63,715 nucleotides of DNA, filler included, from Licmophora abbreviata (GCA_900291995.1; 10 parts of 10 records of this genome joined end to end with filler, not necessarily neighbours in it); one strand, 5' to 3'. Shown: positions 43,796 to 56,963, counted from the first letter of the whole stretch. Notes: a model not told the origin generated them from the letters alone. Numbers and translations: made by a program.

Positions 43796-45361
43796 ATGTC
43801 TTCCTTTCTTCTAGCGACATCGAACATGTCCATCCGACATGACGCCATCCTTCGTCGCCGCTGCTGGCTTGCCTTGCACACTCAACTGTTTTCCTCGCAG
43901 CCTCCCAAGTCGGAAGAAGGCGTTTCTCCGCTTGCCGACAATCAGGAGGATAAGTTTCCCAAACAGCAGGAGTTTGTGAATGTCAAACTGGAACCAGGCG
44001 AGTGGGACGAAGCCCGCACAGACCCTCTCTACCGTCCACCCTGGAACAATCGCGCTCGAATCATTTCCGAAGAAGACTACGCCAATCGTCCACGGGTCGG
44101 TTTCGAAGAAGAGTTCAACAGTTTGCACGATGCCATGGTCGTTCTGAGCTGGTTGGATCGTCAAACTCAAGAAAAAGTCTACGATTCCTATTTGAGCATG
44201 ATGGAGGCCTTGCGCGAACAAAACAAGAAAACGTCGCACGACTACATCATGCGTGTCTTGGGACAACAGTTCAACATAACTGCAGCGCGTGCTGCTGCCG
44301 TCGTCCAGTTGCTTCACAATGAAGATCAAATTCGGAAGGAGCATCCCGAACAAAAGCTCTATCATGGGGCGCAGGAGTATGCCGACGCCAAGATCAAAGA
44401 TCACATTTCCAATGCCTACAATGCTTATCGTGAGACTCCTCCGCTAGCGCCTTTCGTGGAAGACCCAATGGGTGTGGATGGATCGGGGGATATTGATCGG
44501 CGACGACATGCTAGAGTCGACGTGGACGACATACACGATATCTTGGACTTGACGGAACGTGCCGTCGTTCGGGAAGAACAGGAAGCGCGACTTGCCATTG
44601 ACGGACGCATTTACGAAGAAGATGTGGATGAATCGCAATTAGAGGTGAAGCTATCTGGCCACTGTCGCAAGCTTCTTTCCAAGCACCAGGAGGTGAAGGC
44701 GGCCATATCGGCGGAACGCCCCGAGATCATGACGCCTCCACCCGACAGTGGGGAAAGGCGGCCGCGATGGAAGTATGTCGCGCAGACGATCAATACGCGC
44801 GAAATGAAGCAGAAAAGGCAGAAGAGTAAACGAAGAGTGAAGAATCAGAACACGATCAACGATACGATTGTGGAGCATAACGGCGAGCTGCGTGTGGCGT
44901 CCGTGACCGAAGCCAAGGCGACGGCGTGGAAGCCAGAAAGGAACGAAATGGAGTTCACCTTTAGCAATGTCAAACAGGCGTGGCTGCGGCGTACGCTGCA
45001 CGGTGAAACGGAAGGATGGGGACGTATTAAGGTACAGGAGGTTCCCGAAAAGGAACAAGCAAAGGATGAGGAGGAACATGTGGGAGATGCCAAAGAAGAC
45101 GAGGCAGCGGAAGATTTGGGAGAAAAGTCCGTGGAAGAAGAAAACAAGGGCGGCACGGTGTTGGAAACTTCAAGTGAAGGCGATGAAGGCACTGAAGATG
45201 CCGATGGCGAGAAAAGCAAAGATGTGAGTTCGTCGAGCTCTGAGGAGGATGACGAAGGTAGCAGCAGTAGTAGCAGTGACGACTCGGATGCCGACTCGAA
45301 TGAAACTGATCCGACGGAACCTGAAGGAGAGGCAGATCCGGACAAGGACGGTAAAGATTAA
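43796..45361 (+). CDS. Probable mitochondrial protein, possibly mitoribosomal mS45/Bot1-like, with acidic tail
   Basis: R-rich presequence; QEKVYDSY...MRVLGQQFNITAARAAAVVQL resembles the mS45 helix-turn-helix core (recognised by eye only). Confidence 0.6.
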   Translation: MSSFLLATSNMSIRHDAILRRRCWLALHTQLFSSQPPKSEEGVSPLADNQEDKFPKQQEFVNVKLEPGEWDEARTDPLYRPPWNNRARIISEEDYANRPRVGFEEEFNSLHDAMVVLSWLDRQTQEKVYDSYLSMMEALREQNKKTSHDYIMRVLGQQFNITAARAAAVVQLLHNEDQIRKEHPEQKLYHGAQEYADAKIKDHISNAYNAYRETPPLAPFVEDPMGVDGSGDIDRRRHARVDVDDIHDILDLTERAVVREEQEARLAIDGRIYEEDVDESQLEVKLSGHCRKLLSKHQEVKAAISAERPEIMTPPPDSGERRPRWKYVAQTINTREMKQKRQKSKRRVKNQNTINDTIVEHNGELRVASVTEAKATAWKPERNEMEFTFSNVKQAWLRRTLHGETEGWGRIKVQEVPEKEQAKDEEEHVGDAKEDEAAEDLGEKSVEEENKGGTVLETSSEGDEGTEDADGEKSKDVSSSSSEEDDEGSSSSSSDDSDADSNETDPTEPEGEADPDKDGKD

Positions 45362-46068
45362 AAAAAACATATGACTACACTATTATTCTACTAATATCTT
45401 TCGACTCAGTACTATAATTGTCATTATCATTTCCACTTTTTGTTTCGAGCGAGACTTTAGACAAAGGGATAATGAGTTCTCCACCGGCGTGAGGCTTGCG
45501 GAGTCCTTTGGTGCCAAGCAAAGTTTTCAAGCATATATGGCGACCCTGCCTCTTCCAACACATTCTTCGTCAGTCCCCAAACCATGACACTGATTCGCCC
45601 ATTCTCATCTTGTTCGTCTGACGACGAGCGTGCGTTGACGCCGTGTTTCCAACGAATGTTGCAANNNNNNNNNNNNNNNNNNNNNNNNNNNNNNNNNNNN
45701 NNNNNNNNTTAATTAATTAANNNNNNNNNNNNNNNNNNNNNNNNNNNNNNNNNNNNNNNNNNNNCGTAGTCGTTTGGCATCGCTCTTGGCGATTCAAGTT
45801 CGGAGGGCATCTGATAATGGGCTACATAAGTAGCTGAATATCGATAATATTTAGTCGAAGGAGTCAAGAAGTAGAAGTGTGACGTTTTTGCTCGTCGTGA
45901 TGATGTTGCGCCGCCCCAAGGAAAAAACGCAAAACAGAACTTTCAACTTGGTGGCGTGTGTATTTTGGTAAAAGCGCCGGCACATCGGCGGCACATGCAC
46001 GATGGCGACATGACTATGCTAGCACGCCGAGAAAGAGAGACGAAACAATAGTTATACATCCATTGACC

Positions 46069-47724
46069 ATGAAAAGGCCCTCTTATTTAGTTTTGAGCCT
46101 CCCGGTGGTCGTGATAGCATTCATGATCACTGATATTAGCTTCATACATGGGTTTCCTGTGCACACACGGAGGCGGAGCTATACATCTTGGACAATCTCA
46201 ACTCATACGGCGGAACTACACGATGAGCCTGAGAATAAGAGCTCGGAGCTCTCTAGAAGATCCCTGCTATCCTGGGGGATTGTCGGGTCAAGTGCAGCCG
46301 CATCGGCGTCGTTACCATCATATCCCGCATCGGCGGCGCCGACAAAAGCATCCTCACTGTTTCTCGTCACGACGAAAAATACCACGTCCGTCGCAGGCCT
46401 GCAGAACGAAGAAGTCAACGTTGACACTGCCGCCTTGAGCAGTGAGATTTGCCTATTAAAGCTACTGCCCGTACAGAATAAGGTCTTTCGGCAGTTGGAG
46501 GTATACGTCACTGCCATGTCGTCCCTTCGCGGTGGTGAGTACTATACTACAGCGCGACCCGCGACGTGTGCCACTCGATGGGCAATTACTAGAAACTGAC
46601 CGTGACTATCTTGTTGTTTCCTTTCCGCAGCTCCAGAAGGGTCAGGGGCTGTTTGGAAAGACGTGAACAAAAAGATGCAGTCTGCCTTGAGTCTGCTAGA
46701 TTCGAAACGTTCCCTCTTGCAGCCCGAATTCAATCAGGACGACAGTGCTGTTCTCCAGATTGCCAAGGGGGAAAGAGGGGAGCGATGCATTGAAGCGCTA
46801 AGAGCTGAGATTGTGAAGCTGATTGATGCCATCAAGCAGCAGAATGCAGATGAAGTATTTGCGCATCAGAAGAGAGCACTCTTGGCGCTATCGGATATTG
46901 GGGAACTGCTAGTGGAGTCCTTCCCGTACGATGTTCCGACGGAGGGCAAGTTTTCGTACTTGCCGCGATTGCTAGGTCGCGCCCGTGTGACCTTTGGCTT
47001 CAAACGTCAAAATGAGTTTCTGGGCAATATCACCATTATCGCCGATGGCTTTGCGGCACCCATTACGGCCGGGAATTTTGTGGATTTGAGTTTACGACAG
47101 TTCTATTCAGGTCTTGCAATCAAGAGTGTCAAGAAACGCTTTGGAGGTGTGGCGAGTACGCAGTCCGTACTCGATGATTTATTAGCGTTTGATCTTATTG
47201 AAGAAAAGTTGGGGATTGATGACAGTGGACCAGATACCGTGAGTTTGCCTATTCTGGGGTCGTTCAATGAAGGATTCTACGACCCTCTGACGGGCAAGCC
47301 ACGACGGATCCCTCTAGAAATCCTCAGTGTTGACACAGCGGCGGGAACACCGAGGCTTTCATATTCGGAAGGATTCACAGACTTGTCATCGGAAGCATCC
47401 TTGCAGCCATCCACCAACATTCAGCCCTTGCTAGGTTTCGATATTCCGGGCTTGGTGTCGTGGAATCATCCCGACAAGAACGTCAACGTGGGTTCCTCGG
47501 AGTTTTTCAGCTTGCAATACAAAAAGATGCGCCCGTCGAAGCGAAAACTGTTTGACGGTAGATACGCTCCTTTCGGTTACATTATCGATGGCTACGACGT
47601 CTACCAGGACTTGCGACCGGGCGATGTAATTGATGCCACGACAGTCGGTGACTGGGGCCAGCTCAATCTAGTGAAGATACGAGGAGCAAGCTTCTCCGAC
47701 GTCATGCAAAGCGATGAAGGTTAA
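46069..47724 (+). CDS. Thylakoid-lumen cyclophilin (CYP37/CYP38-like), intron 46535-46630
   Basis: Signal peptide + GF, twin-Arg SRRSLL and ASA cleavage site; LPRLLGRA.V, DGFAAPITAGNFVDL, R.IPLEI, DGRYAPFGY. Confidence 0.88.
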
Positions 47725-47790
47725 GCGCATTTGTAAATCAGCTAAAGTATGTCTAAGCATTTGAGTTTCTACCATAAATGAGCATCACGA

Positions 47791-50700
47791 TTAGGCACCC
47801 TCTTCGTGTTTCGCCTCCTCGTTTTCCCTCGGATCGGGCACGAAGCGCATACTGCCATCCCCATTGAAATCAAAATGTTTAGACATCCCATCCCTGGAAG
47901 ATGCGGTTCGTGGTGTAATACGTCGCATGGTTACACCATACTGAGACTTTGTTCGTAGCACCGAGGAGCTACTCCCGCGCTCTTCACCGGTCGGTGTGTA
48001 CCCAAAGGCCATGTCGAGGCTTGAAGGGTCGTTTTCGTGGGGAAGAACAACCGCAGGCTCCGCCGTCACAACGTCACTGGATCCAGCAATGCAAACTGGT
48101 ACGTAAGAAGCCTTATGTGCATCGACTAAGAAAGAGCGATACTCCTCTCGTTGTTTCCTGGAGGTCGGTTGATTGACGTCCCAGCCGTCCAAAAGGGAAG
48201 TTTGAACTAGTGCAGCGTCGTTGTATGCACGAAGAAACTGATTCCGGACTGACAAGCGAAATATCACAGTCGGGATGAAGGGGATGGCTGCTAAAATAGC
48301 AGGTCCCAGAGCCCGTTTGAGAGCAACCATGGTAGAAAGAAGAATCTGAAAGAGAGGCCAGACACAAAGCGAAGCAATTAGCTTGAGAAAAAGTGGCACT
48401 GAAGTCACATCGGACCAACCACCGGAGCGGCTTACCTGCCCGACCAACATGCTGGTGATGAGGATATCGAATAGAAATGGCCACCTGATTCCTCCGGCGT
48501 CGAATTTCGGTCTATAGGTGTAGATCAAGTTTCGCTTTGTCAGAGTATTGAAATAGAGAAAGTGCCCCAGTGCAGCGACCGAGACAAGGGGCGACGCAGG
48601 TGCAAGAGCTACAACGCATAGAAAGCAGACCCCAGAGTCGACGTAGATACGGTAGGGCGTTGGTCCGCCTGGTCCGCCACCACGGACCAGTCTAGAGCAA
48701 CACTTCCAGCCAAGACAGGCGAAGAGATACGTGTTGAATTGAAGCATATAGTTCAGTGGCAATGTAATGAAGGTGCGAATGATCATCCAATTGATCCACG
48801 AGGCAGATATCGTGGTTGGAATCGAAGCCGCTACAGTTGCCAGCACTGTCTGAAGTTCTGAACCCAACCTAAGGCCTTCGTCCCAACCATTCAGGAACAT
48901 TGTCGCAAGGGAAGACCCAGTGAAACTTGTCACCAGCATAAAATACCAATAGTATCTGAGGGCCGAGAAGTCTGTAGACGAAACACAAAGAGCGATGAAA
49001 AAGTCAGTTGAAACACTCGATAAAATGAAGTGTAGATCGCGATCATCTCAGTACCAGTAGCTGAAACTTACCAGCATCAACCACAGTAGTAGCGTTACTG
49101 CCGAAATTAGCGATGCACTTGAACATCACCGGACACAGCGCAAAGAAGAGAGTATACAGTCCTCCTTGAACGAGTCCAGTCCAAAGTGCGGCTACATCCT
49201 CGTTGACGTCCTGAAGTCTAGGGAAGATGTTCTGGAGTCTGGTAACATCCAAGAGACTAGCTGCGAAGCTGTAAGCACGAAACAAGAACAAGCTTAGAAG
49301 TGGCAAGAGAGGAAATATGACGGCAGGAAACTGGACAACTTACGTAATTGGGATTGTGTAGAAGACGTATATTGCTGCAAGCATTGCTAATGCGCTGCAA
49401 TACAAAAGACGAGAAAGATGTGAGCATCCGCTCGAACGTCGCAACATACCTGCCAAACTCATGTTCCAAACTTACAAATATCGTCGGCAGCATTTCTGTT
49501 TCCCGTTGAGGCTCATTGTGACGGGACGGCAACAGCCACGGCAAGGGCAGATGGAGCAAGCAGCTGCGTCAGCGAGAGGCGGAACAGGAATGCTGTTGAA
49601 AGCTTCCCATCGAAATGCACCTCGTCCATCATTGAGGCATTGCCGAGCCGCTACCGCAGCCTGTCGCGATGTGAAGGTAACGACAGCATATGCTGAGTCA
49701 CGCGTCAGCTCTTCAACTACCCTATCAGTGCCGGACGTTGCTAGCTTCTTGGTTTCTGTCTTTTTTCGGCGGAACCACGACAAAATGTCAGTAAAGGTAG
49801 GCCACCGCAGAGCGCCGGTTCTGGCGTGTCTAGACTTGACATGGATGCCGCCGTCAGCATCTGCCTCCTGGACAATTGAGTCGACTAGCGCCCATTGGTC
49901 GCTGACATCAGACTTCTCTTTTCGTCGATTCACGAGGCCGAACTCTACATCCCAACTGCCGTGCAGATCTAATTCGAGGGAATCCTGCTGATCCGCCTCT
50001 TCGGTTGATACTTTCTTGCGAATATCTTTAGCAGCAGATTCAGATTTCTTTTTGACGGAGTTGTGTCTTGGAGGCGATGTGCCTTCGACGATTTGTTCGC
50101 GTGCTTCCTGCAGCATCTTGTTCGACTCGTGCACGTCAGCAATGGCCTCCTGTTCCAGCAACAGGAGATCGTCAATGCGAGCTCGTCGGAGACGTCCATC
50201 AAAGATCCCATATGGGCAACACGCTGAAGCACTTTGGGCAAACTCACGACTGTATACGGCGGTTTGTTCTGGTCCAAAGTCAAACGTCAAGAGATAGTTC
50301 GTTTCGACGTCTTCCTCGGCAACCGAGCCTAGCGCTTGCCGGAGAAAGTCGCCCGTTGGTCCTCTGTACACAGCGGATGGTCGTCTCCCTCCAATTGGAC
50401 GGGACGGCGTCTGCTCATTTAGCAAATCTCCCGTGGGGACCGCTTCATTCTGCTCGCCGCCCATCGTAGACCGGTCGTCGTCGTCGTCAATGTCGTAACG
50501 ACGCAGGTCCGCCACAAGCCCTCTGATGTACCGAAGTCGACGAAGGGCTTTCGCCGCTGCATACCACTTTCCCCACGCCCTTCCAATATCCGACGCCGAC
50601 GGAACAATTGTCACGGCCGCGACGGAAGAACTGAATCCTGGCTGATTCGGAACACACTGATCAAAGAAAGATGATGTCAAAGCAAGCTGCCAGTCAATGC

Positions 50701-51697
50701 TCATTTTCTTGGTCTTGCCAAGCGCCGTTTCCAAGTCTTCTTCGTCAACTTCCTGCAACGGCATGGACGGCAGACCTCCGACAAGAACAGAATACAAACC
50801 CACGTTCGGTACAGTTTCGCGCTGTTCTGGATGTGGTATCCACGGATCTCGATGATTCACGGGATCGTCGTTCGCCGGTCGTCTTCTTTTCTTTTTCCTG
50901 TTGCTCGACTGATCGTCATTGAGACCTTCTTCTTGCTCCTTTAAGAGCGTTTCTTTGATTTCCTCCTTTCGTTGCTCGTGTACATCACTTTCGAGGTAGT
51001 AGACACGTCGCATGGCCAGTACCTCGTCCCACTCTCGTCGACACAGATGGCATGCGTAGATGGTAAGGATCCACGAGCACAAGACTATGCCATACATGCG
51101 TCCCAACAGGCTTTTGAACGTAATGCCCCATATTGTACTCTCTCTATCGTCGCCGATACCTCCCGTATCAAGAGCTGGTATGTTCGCAAGCGTCGTTCTT
51201 TGATAATTGGTGAGATTGTAGACGTCCGTCTCGCATCCCGGAGAATACTCTCCGGTAAAATCTTCTTGTTGCTCATCAAAACACCTCGCGGTCCAATTCA
51301 TGGGAAGAATGATGGCACAACACAAGAACATGCCTAATACCGTAACTTTGAAGCATATGGCATGGAATCGTAGTAGAACGACGCCATCCAGAGTTGCCTT
51401 CAGCAAGGTGCCCTCCATCCCGTTCTTCCGAGTACCCGTTCCCGGAACTCCTCGCAAGAGTGTATCGTAGGACAATCGATTCGCCCAAGCATACCACCCC
51501 AGGAATGCATTGCCTCGGTACTGACAGGAGTCTGATCGGGCGCGGGGATTGTAAATGGTATCCTTGGGCCTCGCAGTACAGCGCGGTGCAATGAAGACAT
51601 GGCGTACTCGCACGGCAAGTCCAAACAGAAAGAGCGAAGGGACAAAGACACAGGCGCTCGTGGCCACCGTAAAGCCAATCGATTCCAACGTCGTCAT
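47791..51697 (-). CDS. OSCA/TMEM63/CSC1 calcium-permeable stress-gated channel, multi-exon
   Basis: DGVVLLRF, TTLANIP, YSVLV, AYAVVTFTSRQAAVAARQ, IYTYRPKFDAGG.RWP; introns between ~48346 and 49475. Confidence 0.88.
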
Positions 51698-52048
51698 GGG
51701 GATTCGAATGTGTTTCACAACAGAGGTGCGCAAGTTGTGAGAAAGTGAATGAGAATCACAACGGGATTGGAACGAAGTGTCGGTCGAAGTCCATCATCGT
51801 CGCGTCCAGTCCGATTTTTTCAATTTTGACCAAACTAGATTGGACTCGGTCTTCTCAAGCAGCTATTCGTTTCGCATTTGAAGTTTGAATTCGTACAAAA
51901 NNNNNNNNNNNNNNNNNNNNNNNNNNNNNNNNNNNNNNNNNNNNTTAATTAATTAANNNNNNNNNNNNNNNNNNNNNNNNNNNNNNNNNNNNNNNNNNNN
52001 TTTTCGCAACACACCCCAATTTCACAACTCGAGCCTGCCAAACCCACC

Positions 52049-53674
52049 ATGACCATGAGCAGCAGCAACGACGCGTCTCCTTCGTCTTCTCCCGCCATCG
52101 CCGGACGCACAAACTACCGTGAGTGGGATCGTGTGGCTTCGGATCTCGAAAAGAGCGTCGCTGCAGAAGAAGAGCAAGAGAAAGAGAACTCCTCCAAGGC
52201 ACTTGGACTCGATGGCAAGTATGCTCGATCGGAGGCGGAAGCGCACGAGCGGGAAAAGGCGAAAAAGGCGTTGCAGGTAAAGAAAAAACTGGAAGAGTAT
52301 CAACAACGAGAACAACAAGCGGTTCAAGTCTTTCGGGAACTCAGTCAAGATGGGAGCAGTCCGGTCCGACTCACGCGTTCGTCGCTGGAAGCGGGAAAGC
52401 GAGTCGTGACTCTCTGCGATACTCAAGGCACCTCACGGGAGGATTGTAAAATCATTCTTACGCAAGATCTCAGTCACTTGGAATCCAGAATGGCAGCCAA
52501 CACTACTCGTACCCCGAAATCCTACGACGGAGATGCCGAGAATGCAGTGACTACCTCTGCGCAGCCACCGAGCAGCGTCTTTGGACTCATCAAGGTCTTT
52601 TTGAACAATCTTCAAGACTGCACGGTCATTGTGCGCTGCAAAATCATTTCCGGTACGATTGAAATGACGCATTGTAGCAACGTTGTAGTCCGAATCGAAC
52701 ACGAAGCCACCGTGGCAACCATGCAAGTGGATATGTGTGACAATCTGATGGTGGAATTTGTCGATGCCCCCTCGGGCAAGGCGAGCAACATGCCGGCCAT
52801 GATGAGACACGAGGGCAGTCCTCATCATTATTGGGGTGACGATAGTAACGATCGTATCTTCCATGCGGGTGTGGCGAACATGAAGGTCGTCCTGTGGCGC
52901 GATGGATTTGTCGAGTCGGAAACGACGGTCGATTACGTCAAGGATGGAGCGGAAGAGGTCGGGAATGCAGCACCCGAAGAATTTCAGTTTGTGACGAGCC
53001 TGGTGAATCATGAATTTCGTACAGAAAAGGTGGTGCGAACGAACCAGAATGCGCGGCCCATGACGGACCGAGAATTGCAACGTGAAAAGGAAATGCGCGA
53101 AAAGGCGGTGGACATGGCGATGGAAAAGGCTATTCGGTTCCAAGAGAAGAATCCAAAGCAAGAACAAGGGTCAAAAGAGAAACAAGATGTTGACGACACT
53201 GTGGAAGATGAAGTATTCACTTCCATGAGCAAGTCGGAGATCGATGTCATTGTTGCGGACTGCGAAGCCAACAAAGCGCGCGGCAACGAAGCATTTTCTG
53301 CCGGTGAGTATGCGCAGGCCATTTTGCTATACACTTTGGCGTTGGACAAAGGCGACGAGCTACCGGTCACCGCCAATTTGAATCTGCTCTTTCCTCGGCA
53401 CATTGTGTTATCCAATCGATCAGCCGCCTTTCTCAAAATGGGAGAGCATGAAAAGGCCTTGGCTGACGCATCGCAGGCCCAGTCGTTGGATCCCACTTAC
53501 GTGAAAGCTATCTTTCGGCGCGGACTAGCGCTTCATGCCATGGGGCGATACCAAGAAGCGATTCCCGTCCTGGCGGAGGCGCAAACGATGGAGCCAAAGA
53601 ACAAGCAGATTCAGCAAGCTTTGCAATTTGCAGAGGTTCGAATGACACAGGAACTTCGCAAACGTATGGAATAA
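52049..53674 (+). CDS. C-CAP/cofactor-C-like beta-helix plus C-terminal TPR co-chaperone-type domain
   Basis: NLQDCTVIV...THCSNVVV...DMCDNLMV beta-helix periodicity; KARGNEAF, SNRSAAFLKM, KAIFRRG TPR clamp residues. Confidence 0.8.
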   Translation: MTMSSSNDASPSSSPAIAGRTNYREWDRVASDLEKSVAAEEEQEKENSSKALGLDGKYARSEAEAHEREKAKKALQVKKKLEEYQQREQQAVQVFRELSQDGSSPVRLTRSSLEAGKRVVTLCDTQGTSREDCKIILTQDLSHLESRMAANTTRTPKSYDGDAENAVTTSAQPPSSVFGLIKVFLNNLQDCTVIVRCKIISGTIEMTHCSNVVVRIEHEATVATMQVDMCDNLMVEFVDAPSGKASNMPAMMRHEGSPHHYWGDDSNDRIFHAGVANMKVVLWRDGFVESETTVDYVKDGAEEVGNAAPEEFQFVTSLVNHEFRTEKVVRTNQNARPMTDRELQREKEMREKAVDMAMEKAIRFQEKNPKQEQGSKEKQDVDDTVEDEVFTSMSKSEIDVIVADCEANKARGNEAFSAGEYAQAILLYTLALDKGDELPVTANLNLLFPRHIVLSNRSAAFLKMGEHEKALADASQAQSLDPTYVKAIFRRGLALHAMGRYQEAIPVLAEAQTMEPKNKQIQQALQFAEVRMTQELRKRME

Positions 53675-54089
53675 GGCTAGTACCCGGTCATATCACTACC
53701 ACGCTGATTTTCATAGCTATACTATCAGAGCTAGCGTGTTGCTCAAGCCTATCGAATACCGGTATCAATCATACACCCGTCAACGCTGCCGCGTAGTCTA
53801 TCGGTACACACGGCGCAGGAGGTCCAGACGCGCACGTTCGTCGCGAGAAGAAGAGCGCGGTGCTCGACCTCGAATTTTCTGTGATGAGCTCAACACACTC
53901 AAAGCGACGACGACACGACATCAGTCAACACCCGTTGCATCCACAGCGAAGCCCACTTCACGCAGCATCGCCGAACAGTGTCAATTAACGCTGATCTCAT
54001 TCTTTGTTCAGTAGTAAAAGAGCTTGGACATTACTCCAGTCATCATCTCAGCGCCCTCATCCGTATTGCAGTGCCCAACACACGCGACC

Positions 54090-56718
54090 ATGGCCGTCCG
54101 GAAGAAGATTGATCGTCGTCGAAGCAAAAAGAAGTCCACGCAGGCGACTAAAGTACAGGCCAAGCAACCGGAGACACCTGCTCCTCCCGTTGCTGAACGG
54201 CTCGATTTCAGTGAGGCTTCTACGAGGACCGAAGAGGAAGCAGTGAAGCCAAAGGCGTCATCGTCGAAAAGGGGACGCAAGAAATCTGAATATCTCTTGA
54301 AGCAGCGCCCGAAGAGCGAACCGAAAACGAAGGCGACCAAGAAGCGCGCGCCGCTTTCTGACGAGGAATCGTACAACCATCAAGAGGAGGAGCTTGAGAG
54401 TTCCGAGCATGAGGAATCGTCTTCGGAAGAATATCAGGACGAGTCGGAATCGGAAGACGAGAGTGATGAGGACGAGATTTTCGATGCCAATCCGAAACGA
54501 TCTGCGGGACGTAAACGAACTAGTCGTCAAGGACTGGGGAGGTCGCGCAATGATGAGCTGGATGAAACTCCTGTGACGAAAAAACGTGGTAAACGCAAAC
54601 GTCCAGCGGCGACCCGTCGGTCAGTTCGTGGCACAGACCATGAAAATGAGGCATTCTTACAGGATTCCGAAACTGATGAGAGTGACGCCCCCGATAGTGC
54701 ACGGCGTCGCTCCACGCCCTCGCGGGCGTCTGCGGCGACCGCCAACGCGCGTATGGCTCGGATGGACAAGGACGATACCGCAGATGAGGACCAGATCCTG
54801 AAGAGACCGAAACGCAGGCGTCAAGATGGTACGGAAGATGAAGAGTTTGACCAGAACGAAGAGTGGGAGGAAGACGATGAATCGGAACTAGACGATGAGG
54901 CTTCTGAGGAACTCTCAGTCAGCGACGCACGACGTGGAAACGTCGACAATGAAGACTTCTTTGACACAGATTCTTCCAACGGGGACGAAGCCGTTGGCCC
55001 ATCTCCAACTCTCAAGATTCGCAGCACTTCTCGCGTCACCACTGGCGCGAGGAGACAGCACCTATTTGATGACGAAGCAGAAGAGAGCGAAGAAGAGGCG
55101 TCGCTGTCGGGAGTTGGCGGTGGCGAGCTGCCACATAGTCAGTCGTCGGGGCCGAGCCTTCCCGATTGTCCGTCGACAGAAGACGCGGTCACTATGGAGG
55201 AGCTTCCCAAGAGGCACATCTGCTACTTCACGCCGAAGCAAACATCATGTCAGTGCTTTGCCTTAGGGACGCTACATAGAATCGCAATGACGAGTTCGGT
55301 TCGTGATGATAGCGGCAATTTCGTCTTTCTGCAGCCACCACATTTTCGCACTCCTATGTCCGATGACTTAATCGATCAGATTGCATGTCGGTTTGGACGC
55401 GCTGCCTTGGACTTACAGGGAGAATACTACCGACGCGGTAGGAACGGAAAAAAGGAGTCTGCGCAATCCAGCACCAATGACGAGCTCGACGAGAATGCCT
55501 TTCAGCAACGCCTCGACCGGTACATTAGGAACTGTATGGGTTCGCAAGACATTTACTGTTGTCCAGTCTGCTATGTAGAAGCGCACCGTCGTTTGACCTC
55601 GCTAACTGCGGATGGCGAGTACGAAGTCGAGGATGATGATCCAGCTGAAGATGAGAACGAGGACGACGACGAGGTGCAGGGCATCAGTCTATGGCACGAT
55701 CCCATGACGGTTCTTGGAGTATTGGATAGCGAAAGCTTGAAACTGGCTGCGTCCTTCTGTTTTCGAAAAGGTGTGGAGGCGAAACGCCACTTGGTCGACG
55801 ACCACTCTATCGATCCATCGAACCTGGATGGATACGGTCTATTTCAGCGCTTCAAGGTACGTTTCCCCCTGTTTTCATTGATCGATGCCGCTACACCACA
55901 TCGTCCTCTCAAGCATGTTGCTGGTACAGATTCGTGATGGTGATGGCCTTCTTCAACACTTTATCGAAAAGAATTTCAAGGGCCACACGTATCAGGGCGA
56001 CATGCAGCGCTACTGGAACGCGGGAAATCGACAGTTATTCGTGTACCTGCTCTATCTCATGCATCGCCACCAATCCATCAAGCATCAACTAGAGGAGGAT
56101 CCCGAGTCTGACATTGTTTCTGACAAGGATAAGGCGCGCATAACCAATGCCAGAGATTACTTTGAGTCATTTCCAATTCGAGCAATACATTCGTGGAAGA
56201 CCTTGTCGGCACCCTTTACGAAGGCAACCAAAGAGGATCTTAAGGATTTTGTCGTCGACGGCGATGTAGAGGAAGACGAACAGCCTCACTTTGCACTTGC
56301 GTTTGAAAAAGAAATGGTGTCAGAAGAGCAGATGGTTCAACAGATGCGCGAAGAGCGTCGCAGACGAGGTGATGCATCCGAGGACGAGGACTCGTCGGAA
56401 GAGGAGAGCGACAAGGAAGAGGAATCGGACAGTTCGGATACATCAGACGATAACAAGCAAGCTTATCCGCCAGGATATTACTCTGAAGAGGAGGAAGAAG
56501 ACGATTGGGTGAAATCACGGAAGCCCAATCTTAAGAAGAAGACGCCGGGCACGAGCACACCGAAGTCTGCATCGAGCAGAAAGCGTCTACGCAAGGGGAG
56601 CAACGAGAACGGGGGCAATCTAGTCACTGTCGAAACGCCACGGGAACGGGCCCCCGTTGTGAAAGAACCAACGTCGTCGGTACGAAAGCTTGTGATCGAA
56701 GACAGTGATAGTGATTGA
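54090..56718 (+). CDS. Uncharacterised acidic/basic nuclear protein with Cys/His clusters, intron 55857-55929
   Basis: Two ORFs joined by AAG|GTAC...TACAG|ATT; NLS-like runs; HIC..CQC, YCCPVC and KRHL..DH motifs. Confidence 0.75.
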
Positions 56719-56963
56719 CTCGCGATCCGATTGAAGACAGAAAGCGGAAATTTTGTTGCACACCTCCTCTGGGGTCTATAGCTAGCGCACTTTTACGTCT
56801 TTCTCGTCGTCGCCACCATCTTACAACAAATGATTAGGCACGAGAAGTAATATCGTAGAGTCTNNNNNNNNNNNNNNNNNNNNNNNNNNNNNNNNNNNNN
56901 NNNNNNNTTAATTAATTAANNNNNNNNNNNNNNNNNNNNNNNNNNNNNNNNNNNNNNNNNNNN

